A DNA stretch of 64,000 nt. It comes from Candidatus Krumholzibacteriia bacterium. Lineage in GTDB: Bacteria; Krumholzibacteriota; Krumholzibacteriia; Krumholzibacteriales; Krumholzibacteriaceae. The notes under the pieces were generated by a model that ran no database searches, was not told the origin of the DNA, and worked only from the letters and a program-made list of their open reading frames with translations. The translations under genes and the position numbers were made by a program. Of this stretch, positions 31,638 to 38,867 are shown piece by piece. Positions within the stretch are counted from its first letter, which is position 1. Each line of letters begins with the position of its first letter. Location of the stretch: positions 2,176,001 to 2,240,000 of the forward strand of contig CAWIIQ010000001.1 of assembly GCA_963836185.1 (NCBI GenBank). The letters run 5' to 3'.

Positions 31638-31910
31638 GAGACCGTGCACCCGGAATCGAAAGGCACCCCCGGCTCTTGCGTCAGGGTTAGCTCCTGTCAG
31701 GATACCCGCGGCACATAAGAATGACTGCGTACCGCTGCTACCTTCCGGTCCTGACGGGGTTGGCAGGTTCTCATTGCGCGGGTCCTGGCACTCAACACCA
31801 CTTCCCGCCGCCGATCGCTCGGAGACAACGCTCCCTCAACCGGGAATTCGGCCCCGCTATAGCGGATTGCGGGTGCAGGGCACCGCTAATTCCCCGCCTA
31901 GCACGATCTC
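31638..31910 (-). ncRNA. ffs: Signal recognition particle RNA, large bacterial type with Alu domain
   Basis: Helix-8 motif CCCCGTCAGGACCGGAAGGTAGCAGCGG; 5' Alu-like GTGCTAGGCGGGG..AGCGGTGCCCTG..CAATCCGCT; ends pair (GAGATCGTGC/GCACGGTCTC); upstream of dnaX. Confidence 0.93.
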
Positions 31911-31919
31911 TGATAGAAA

Positions 31920-31995
31920 TGGTGGAGATGATCGGATTCGAACCGACGACCCCCTCGTTGCGAACGAGGTGCTCTCCCAGCTGAGCTACATCCCC
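31920..31995 (-). tRNA. tRNA-Ala(CGC)
   Basis: GGGGATG acceptor with G3:U70, anticodon arm CCTCG-TTCGCAA-CGAGG, CCA end. Confidence 0.95.
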
Positions 31996-32048
31996 ACCCT
32001 TTATTATCAACGCCGGCCCGCTTACCACGGCCCGGCAGTCCAATCCAA

Positions 32049-32138
32049 TGGCGGAGAGAGAGGGATTCGAACCCTCGGAGGAGTTGCCCCCTCAACGGTT
32101 TTCGAGACCGTCCCGTTCAACCGCTCCGGCATCTCTCC
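32049..32138 (-). tRNA. tRNA-Ser(CGA)
   Basis: ACGGT-CTCGAAA-ACCGT anticodon arm, long variable arm, GCCA end. Confidence 0.95.
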
Positions 32139-32145
32139 GTCGGGA

Positions 32146-32174
32146 ACTATATATAATCGGCGCCAAGATATCAA
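32146..32174 (-). promoter_or_regulatory. Sigma70-type promoter for tRNA-Ser(CGA)-tRNA-Ala-ffs
   Basis: TTGATA-N17-TATAGT just upstream of the tRNA. Confidence 0.55.
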
Positions 32175-32207
32175 TAGCGGAGAGTCGTATTGTCTGCTGA
32201 TTATGTG

Positions 32208-32294
32208 AATTAATGGCCGGGACGGACATAATTAATGGCCGGGACGGACATGATTTACGCCAGGATTGGATATAATTTATGCCGGGATGGACAT
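32208..32294. repeat. Four tandem ~22-bp repeats
   Basis: AATTAATGGCCGGGACGGACAT x2 (exact), then GATTTACGCCAGGATTGGATAT and AATTTATGCCGGGATGGACAT. Confidence 0.85.
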
Positions 32295-32299
32295 AAAAA

Positions 32300-32390
32300 T
32301 GGCGGAGAGAGAGGGATTCGAACCCTCGGAGGAGTCACCCCCTCACACGATTTCCAATCGTGCCGATTAAGCCAGCTCTCGCATCTCTCC
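32300..32390 (-). tRNA. tRNA-Ser(GGA)
   Basis: CACGA-TTGGAAA-TCGTG anticodon arm, long variable arm, GCCA end. Confidence 0.95.
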
Positions 32391-32407
32391 GCTAATAATC
32401 TGTCAGG

Positions 32408-32443
32408 GACCAGTCCACGCAGTATCGGAGACCAGTCCACGCA
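32408..32443. repeat. Direct repeat GACCAGTCCACGCA x2 at 22-bp spacing
   Basis: Exact 14-mer at 32408-32421 and 32430-32443. Confidence 0.75.
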
Positions 32444-32473
32444 CCATCGAGTGTCATATCAACCGGGTGCGTC

Positions 32474-32923
32474 TCAGTCCTCACGTAATCTAGTAAAAAA
32501 CTTCCTCAGAAGCAAAAGACATTCTTCCTCGAGCACCCCGCTCTTGACGATCAGCCTGTGACCGTACAAGTCCGCGTGGTGAAGGTCACCTACAGATCCG
32601 CAGGCGCCGCTTCTAGGCTGCCTCGCCCCGTAGACGACACGTTCCGCCCTGGCGAGATACAGAGCCCCGAGGCACATGTGACACGGCTCGGATGTGACAT
32701 AGACGCTGCAGCCGTCGAGTCTCCAGTCTCCCGTCACGGCTGAAGCGCTGTCGATCGCAAGGATCTCGGCGTGAGCCGTAGCGGTCTTTCTCGTCTCGAC
32801 CTCGTTACGGCCCCTCCCTATAACCTCGCCGCCACGGACCACGACGGCGCCAACCGGCACTTCACCCGCCTCAAGGGCCAGCGCAGCCTCGGCCAGCGCC
32901 TCCTTCATCCATCTCTCATCCAT
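32474..32923 (-). CDS. tadA: tRNA-specific adenosine-34 deaminase
   Basis: GEVPVGAVVV, TAHAEI, WRL, EPCHMC. Confidence 0.9.
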   Translation of the reverse strand: MDERWMKEALAEAALALEAGEVPVGAVVVRGGEVIGRGRNEVETRKTATAHAEILAIDSASAVTGDWRLDGCSVYVTSEPCHMCLGALYLARAERVVYGARQPRSGACGSVGDLHHADLYGHRLIVKSGVLEEECLLLLRKFFTRLRED

Positions 32924-32963
32924 CGGGTATATCTTTCAGCGTGCCTGCCGGCTGTCACCTCTG

Positions 32964-33677
32964 TCAGGAGCCCGATTTTTCGGGTATCGCCCCGACGAGC
33001 GACTCCAGGACAAGGACCACCACATCATCGAACGGAGGCGCCGCGTAGATATCTCCTCCCGATATCGAGGTCCCTGATACCCTCCTGTCGATACCTGCGG
33101 ATGAGGACTGGACCCTGTCCCCTTCACTCCGGACCGATTCCTTGTAATTCTCATCGGTCGCGTCCCAGAGAACATGCCCGTTGCCCGGATCTATCAGGCT
33201 GAGCGTCATGCCTACCTGAGTCACCGATGCAGCCGCAGCTTCACGATAATCCGTCTCGTCCTTGTGCCACAGATATACTACGGGGACGAGCAGCAGGTCT
33301 ACGTCCAGTTCCGCCTTGATCGCCCGGCACAGGTCCATATGCACTATATGCTCCCGGCTCCACTTGGTCTTGAATTCCTCGGACCTCTCCGCGAGGTCCG
33401 CTTTCGCGACGACCATCCTGAACTGCTCCGGCGAAAGGAACTTGTAATCGTATCTATCGGAAACGAACTCCCAGAGGACCCTGTTGGGGATCCTCTCCGA
33501 ATCGCGCTTCGGATCCTCGCCCCTGGTGATAGTGCTTATCGTCGGCAGGACCAGTATCGTCGTGTATTCTCCCGGGTTGAAATCAGGTTCGGCCTCTATG
33601 CTCACCGGATGCTTCGATTTGCATCCGGCCATCGCGAGCAGTACGAGCGCGATTACTGATATTACTGTTTTTTTCAT
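32964..33677 (-). CDS. Hypothetical lipoprotein (possible CsgG/DUF799-like fold)
   Basis: Lipobox AMAGC; ILVLP; L.VDLLL; V.MTLSLID..G.VLW pattern. Confidence 0.65.
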   Translation of the reverse strand: MKKTVISVIALVLLAMAGCKSKHPVSIEAEPDFNPGEYTTILVLPTISTITRGEDPKRDSERIPNRVLWEFVSDRYDYKFLSPEQFRMVVAKADLAERSEEFKTKWSREHIVHMDLCRAIKAELDVDLLLVPVVYLWHKDETDYREAAAASVTQVGMTLSLIDPGNGHVLWDATDENYKESVRSEGDRVQSSSAGIDRRVSGTSISGGDIYAAPPFDDVVVLVLESLVGAIPEKSGS

Positions 33678-33919
33678 CTTCCACTCCGGTTTCCAGTTGA
33701 AGGACTAGAATATCGCTCTGAAAGATACCAGTGTGATTATCGCAGTGTCAATCCGTATCAGGGCAAGACGTACAGGAATGAACTTCAGTATCAGGATCAC
33801 CGGATCTATCTATTACTGTACAGTTGCGCCTCCAGTCAAACTGCTCCATAAGATAATTTGGAAATCTTTCTTAATTTCTATATTGACAACATTTTGGAGG
33901 TATTTTTCGACCCGTCCGG

Positions 33920-33985
33920 ACAGGCCTGCGGGATACCCGCCAGAGCGATACAGGCGGCCCGGGAGACCCGCCGGGGGAACAGGCC
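33920..33985. repeat. Degenerate ~30-bp tandem repeat with internal CGGG-A-N-A-CCCG palindromes
   Basis: ACAGGC at 33920, 33950 and 33979; CGGGATACCCGCC and CGGGAGACCCGCC. Confidence 0.6.
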
Positions 33986-34098
33986 ATCATCTCTTTTTCG
34001 CCTCCCACAGGAAAACGCCTCTACGTTCTCCTGTCACGTCCCCGGGATCCCGTGTTATAATGTCTGTGCGTGGTGGGTGGACAATGGGAGGTGGAAGT

Positions 34099-35277
34099 AT
34101 GAACGACTCAATCCGGCTCGATTCCCTGGGCACTCTTTCAGACAACAGGCTGATACGACAGCTCGAATCCCTGAGGGGGAAGGAACGCATGCTCCTCGCT
34201 GCGGTCCTTCGGCACCTTCTGGAGATGGAACGTCGAAAGCTCTACCTGCCAAGGGGATATTCGTCTCTGTTTGAATTCTGCACTCAGCACCTGAAATATT
34301 CGAGATCCGCCGCAGGGAGAAGGATCGCAGCTGCCAGGACTATCGGGAAGTTTTCTTCTCTCGAGGGATATCTCCTCAACGGCGAGATCAATCTCTATTC
34401 CCTGTCCCTCATCTCGGGGATCCTGACCAGGGAGAATTTCAGGGAGATCGTCCAGGGGATCAGGAACAGGCCGACCCGTGAGGTCGAGGCCTTCGCGGCT
34501 GCGTACAGGCCCGCCCGCGTCCTGAAGGACCGAGTCAAGCCGGTCTGCGTGATGGTGCCCGCTGCCGCAGACGGAAAAACCGCCCGTCCGGGAAGGACCT
34601 CTTCCAGTCCCGGCACCGGTTCCAGTCACGGCACCGCCGGGTTCGACCCCACTCCCGGTGCCGGGAGTGCCGGATCTACTCCCGGCGCCGGGAGTGGAAA
34701 ATTCCCCGCACCGGGATCGGGAAGACCGGGGCCCGAGATTTTCGAACATGTAAGGATCAGCAGGAAGTTCAAGTTCGAATTTGCCGTAAACAACGAGTTC
34801 AAGAAAAAGTTCGACCGCATGAAGGCCCTGCTCTCTAGCAGATATCCCCAGGGTATCAGTTTCGAGGCTCTCTTCATGTTGCTGATGGACGAATACATCG
34901 AACGTCACAGCCCTGAGGGAAGAGCCGCCAGGCGGGAAAAACGACTGGCAGCGGGGACCAGCTGCGGGACCGGATCGTCAAACGCCGTCAATGGATCGGG
35001 CGGCGGCGACAGATCCGGCCGGAGAACGCGCAACATACCGGCAAAGGTCCGCGACGAGGTCTTTCTACGCGACGGAGGGAGATGCACCTTCAAAGGCTCA
35101 GATGGCAAAAGATGTAACTCTAAATGGAACCTGCAGATAGACCATATCGTACCTTTTGCGCTCGGCGGGGACGATTCACCCGGGAACCTCCGGCTGCTGT
35201 GCGGGAAACACAACCGGCTGGAAGCGGAGCGCGTCTTTGGAAGCCGGCACATGGAAAGGTTTAAAAAACGGGAATAA
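34099..35277 (+). CDS. HNH endonuclease domain protein with helical/HTH N-terminus (DUF222-like architecture)
   Basis: C-terminal RDGGRC..RC..LQIDHIVP..GG..NLRLLC.KHN; N-terminal GYSSLFEFC..LKYS..AAGRRIAAAR. ATG 34099 follows GGAGG, with TGTTATAAT upstream. Confidence 0.85.
   Translation: MNDSIRLDSLGTLSDNRLIRQLESLRGKERMLLAAVLRHLLEMERRKLYLPRGYSSLFEFCTQHLKYSRSAAGRRIAAARTIGKFSSLEGYLLNGEINLYSLSLISGILTRENFREIVQGIRNRPTREVEAFAAAYRPARVLKDRVKPVCVMVPAAADGKTARPGRTSSSPGTGSSHGTAGFDPTPGAGSAGSTPGAGSGKFPAPGSGRPGPEIFEHVRISRKFKFEFAVNNEFKKKFDRMKALLSSRYPQGISFEALFMLLMDEYIERHSPEGRAARREKRLAAGTSCGTGSSNAVNGSGGGDRSGRRTRNIPAKVRDEVFLRDGGRCTFKGSDGKRCNSKWNLQIDHIVPFALGGDDSPGNLRLLCGKHNRLEAERVFGSRHMERFKKRE
34650..34695. repeat. 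Two tandem 18-20 bp palindromes inside the HNH gene
   Basis: CACTCCCGGTGCCGGGAGTG (34650-34669) and perfect ACTCCCGGCGCCGGGAGT (34678-34695). Confidence 0.9.
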
Positions 35278-35422
35278 GGCAGGATCATCGAGCGCCATCT
35301 GATAACATACTTAAATAATATTGATTACTGTCTTGATTATCAGGTACGCGTGGTATAGCATCATGGCGTCTGAGGTCGCCCCGCCGGCAATACCACAGTG
35401 CCCTATGCTCTGGAGGTCTCAC

Positions 35423-36724
35423 ATGCACCGTATCATCCCGGTCCTGGCCATAACACTAGTCGTACTCTCAGGATGCGGAGACGATTCTACGAATCCCGGT
35501 GAAAACGGCGGAGGTTCGACTGTTACCGGTGAATATGTCGTATTCGCCTGGAACGATCTCGGGATGCACTGCCTTAACGACACATACGATCAGGCAGTGA
35601 TCCTTCCCCCCTACAACAATGTCTGGGCCCAGGTGATCGAACGGGGCGACCCGCCCCGGATAGTCACGGCCGGCCTTACGGTCGACTTCAGGCTGGACAA
35701 CAACACATACTCTTACGGCAAGGAGGAGTACGGGGGATTCTGGGATAATGCTGACGCTCTTTTCCGGTTCGTCCCCGGATTCACAGCCCCCGCCAATAAT
35801 ATCGGCCTGACGGGAACGGGGCTCTCCGGCCATATGGAAAATGCCTCCGACCATTTTGTCGCCGAAGGGATACCGGTCGTGCCCGTCAGCGATTCATCCG
35901 ATTACAGCGCGTACCAGACGGGGATAATCACGGTGAAGGACAACGAGGGGAAGACTGTCGCATCGACGAGGGCGACTGTACCGGTCTCGGACGAGATCAC
36001 CTGTTCGAAGTGCCATACCGCCGACGCGTGGACCGATGTCATCGCCGACCATGACCGCCTTCACATGACGAGCCTAGCCGATTCGGTACCCTTCCTCTGC
36101 GCTTCCTGCCATGGAAGCCCCGCGCTGGGCACGGTCGGTACCGGCAGCGCCGGCATATACCTCTCGGAAGCTATTCACGGGGCCCACGCTTCCCGGGAGG
36201 CCACATGCTACGATTGCCACCCGGGGATAAACACGAAGTGCATGAGAAGCGAAAAACACACGGCGGCAGACGGCAATTGTGAGACCTGCCACGGTGACCT
36301 GGCCGAGATGGCTTCATCGATCGTAGAAGGCCGGGTACCCTGGGCCAACGAGCCGTCATGCGGATCGTGCCATACCGGTGTGCCGGGGATGGAGCCGTCG
36401 GGCACCCTCTTCCGCAACGCCATGGGACACGGTTCTGTCTACTGCGCTGCCTGCCATAACTCGCCTCACGCAATGTACCCCTCGACGCTGATGGCCGACA
36501 ACTACCAGCCTATCGAGTACCAGGGCGGAGCAAAGACGATCGGAAGCTGCGGCGTGTGTCATGAGGATTCCAGAGGCGACGTCGACGATATACACGAATT
36601 CGAGGAAAAGCACGGCACCGCCGATCCCGACAGGATCATCAACTGCCATGTGTGCCATACAGTGGTCAGGGACAATACGATGAGCTGGCCACACCAGTGG
36701 AAGTGGAACAACAGCAACGACTGA
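35423..36724 (+). CDS. Octaheme c-type cytochrome lipoprotein
   Basis: Lipobox LSGC; eight CxxCH (CSKCH, CASCH, CYDCH, CETCH, CGSCH, CAACH, CGVCH, CHVCH); ATG after GGAGG. Confidence 0.88.
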   Translation: MHRIIPVLAITLVVLSGCGDDSTNPGENGGGSTVTGEYVVFAWNDLGMHCLNDTYDQAVILPPYNNVWAQVIERGDPPRIVTAGLTVDFRLDNNTYSYGKEEYGGFWDNADALFRFVPGFTAPANNIGLTGTGLSGHMENASDHFVAEGIPVVPVSDSSDYSAYQTGIITVKDNEGKTVASTRATVPVSDEITCSKCHTADAWTDVIADHDRLHMTSLADSVPFLCASCHGSPALGTVGTGSAGIYLSEAIHGAHASREATCYDCHPGINTKCMRSEKHTAADGNCETCHGDLAEMASSIVEGRVPWANEPSCGSCHTGVPGMEPSGTLFRNAMGHGSVYCAACHNSPHAMYPSTLMADNYQPIEYQGGAKTIGSCGVCHEDSRGDVDDIHEFEEKHGTADPDRIINCHVCHTVVRDNTMSWPHQWKWNNSND

Positions 36725-36748
36725 TCATCAGGCTCTGGATATATCTAC

Positions 36749-36780
36749 AAAAAGGGACCGCTCCTGTGAGCGGTCCCTTT
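36749..36780. terminator. Bidirectional intrinsic terminator
   Basis: AAAGGGACCGCTC-CTGT-GAGCGGTCCCTTT between convergent genes. Confidence 0.85.
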
Positions 36781-36812
36781 CATTTGTCATACTGACCTCG
36801 GAATCGACCCGC

Positions 36813-37718
36813 CTATTCCATCCCGGGGATGGCCGCCATCATCTTTTCCTTGGCGAGCAGCCTCTGCCATTTTCTCTCGACATCCTTCTCGATCCCGTCG
36901 AGTTCCTCGTCGGTCAGGTGCCTGAAGCGCCCCTGCGGCTTGAGGTATTCGCGTACCGATGTCGGCTCGAAGTCCTTCCAGACCTCGAGCTTCTCGCCGT
37001 ACTCGGTGATCTCGAGGATCGGGAAAACACGCGATGTGACGGCCCTTCTCGCGCTCTGGATCGAGAGCTCGGGAGCGAGCTTCCAGCCTGTCGGGCATGG
37101 CGCGAATATATGGATGTACCTCGTTCCCTTCATCTCCTTCGCCTTGCGGAACTTGTTGATCACGTCCTCGGGCCATGCGACCGAACAGGTTGCGATGTAG
37201 GGGATCGAGTGAGCAGCCATGATATCGATCATGTTCTTCTTCGGCTCTCTCTTGTAGTTATCGACCGGCGTTGTGGTGGTCCATGCCCCGACAGGTGTCG
37301 AGGATGAGCGCTGGATACCGGTGTTCATGTACGCCTCGTTGTCGTAGCAGACGTAGATGATGTCTTCGTTACGCTCGGCGGCGCCGGAGAGGGCCTGAAG
37401 ACCGATGTCGTACGTGCCTCCATCGCCCGCCCAGGCCATCACGGTCGTCTCGCTGTCGCCCCTCATCTCGAGCCCGGCCTTGAGACCGGCGGCCACGACC
37501 GCGGCCGTCTCGAACGCCGTATGGAATATCGGCAGGTTGACGGCCGAGTGGGGAAACGTGCCGTCGATCACTGCCCAGCAGCATGCCGGGATGGTGAGCG
37601 CGGTCTTCGGACCGAGCGCCTTGAGGGCAAATCTCATAGCCTGAGTAGCTCCGCATCCCTGGCAGGCGAGATGCCCGGAGCCCATCAGCTCTTCCATCGG
37701 AATACGCGGCGCTTTCAT
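36813..37718 (-). CDS. porB: 2-oxoacid:ferredoxin oxidoreductase beta subunit (TPP-binding)
   Basis: ACQGCG, GDGGTYDIGLQ, DNEAYMNTGIQRS, PCPTGW. Substrate specificity cannot be determined from sequence. Confidence 0.88.
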   Translation of the reverse strand: MKAPRIPMEELMGSGHLACQGCGATQAMRFALKALGPKTALTIPACCWAVIDGTFPHSAVNLPIFHTAFETAAVVAAGLKAGLEMRGDSETTVMAWAGDGGTYDIGLQALSGAAERNEDIIYVCYDNEAYMNTGIQRSSSTPVGAWTTTTPVDNYKREPKKNMIDIMAAHSIPYIATCSVAWPEDVINKFRKAKEMKGTRYIHIFAPCPTGWKLAPELSIQSARRAVTSRVFPILEITEYGEKLEVWKDFEPTSVREYLKPQGRFRHLTDEELDGIEKDVERKWQRLLAKEKMMAAIPGME

Positions 37719-38867
37719 ATCTTCACTCCTATCCAGTTGATATATCTCTCCGGATCCTTGTCGCCGATCGCCTTGTCGGCGATCTCGCGGACGACCTTCG
37801 GCGTGATGTCGCGGCCACCGAGGCCCGCGATATAGCCGAGGATCGGGATGTCGGTTCGGCCGTAAAGAGCACTCTTGATCTCCTGGTAGAAGATACCGTG
37901 CGCTCCGAACGAGATGTTACGGTCGATCACGGCGACCTTCTTAGCCTTCGAGAGGACCGCGAAAACCTCTTCGATCGGGAAGGGCCTGAAGACCCTTATC
38001 TTCAGCGACCCGGCCTTGATCCCCTCGTCGCGGAGATCATCGATAACGACCCTCGTCGTAGAGGCCACGGTGCCCGAGGTCACGAATATGATCTCGGCAT
38101 CGTCGCAGCGATAGGGCTCGATGAGCCCGTATCCGCGGCCGAACATCTCTTTGAATTCATTGTCGACCCTCTTGATCACCTCGAGGCCCCTGTCCATCGC
38201 TTCCTGGATCATGTAGCGCAGCTCCATGTAGTGGTCGGGACCCGCCAGGTTGCCGAACGAATGCTGATCGGCCGTATCGATCTTGATATCGGGCTCGTAC
38301 GGCGGCAGAAATTTCCTGACCTCTTCCTTCTCGATGATATCTACGATCTCGTATGTATGAGAGAGGAAGAAGGCGTCCATGACGAGCATCACGGGCATCT
38401 GGAGTTCCTCGGCTATCTTGAAGGCCTGGGGAACTGTATCCTGTGTCTCCTGGTTAGACTCGCAGTATATCTGAAGCCAGCCGACGTCTCTCTGGGAAAG
38501 GGAATCGTTCTGGTCGGTCCAGATCGACCACGGAGGCCCGACGGCCCTGTTGACATTAGCCAGCACGATCGGGAGCCTCGCGCCCACGGCCCAGTGAAGC
38601 ATCTCGTGCATGAGGAGCAGTCCCTGGGACGATGTCGCCGTGAAGGTCCTCGATCCGGCGGCCGACGCTCCGACGCAGGCTGCCATCGCGCTGTGTTCCG
38701 ATTCCACCTTGATGAACTTCGCGTCCAGTCTCACCGTTCGCACACATCTCGGACAGGAGCTCCACGATATGGGTCTGCGGCGTGATCGGATAGGCCGAGA
38801 TGACCTTGGCCTCAGAAGCTTTTACGCCGTAACTGACGGCGTGGTTTCCCATGATGACCTTCTTCAT
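37715..38867 (-). CDS. porA: 2-oxoacid:ferredoxin oxidoreductase alpha subunit, frameshift near 38730
   Basis: GNHAV..AYPITPQT; second ORF ESEHSA, TATSSQGL, FRPFP, GLGGRD. Confidence 0.88.

Noticed and set aside
32208-32294. CRISPR array
   Set aside because: The units are contiguous with no spacers, and there are no cas genes in the window.
32049-32335. 36-bp identical direct repeat as attL/attR of an integrated element
   Set aside because: Both copies are the 3' halves of complete tRNA-Ser genes, and no integrase lies between them.
33733-34098. N-terminal extension of the HNH ORF (514-aa call)
   Set aside because: The RBS and extended -10 point to ATG 34099; the upstream frame crosses promoter-like and repeat DNA.
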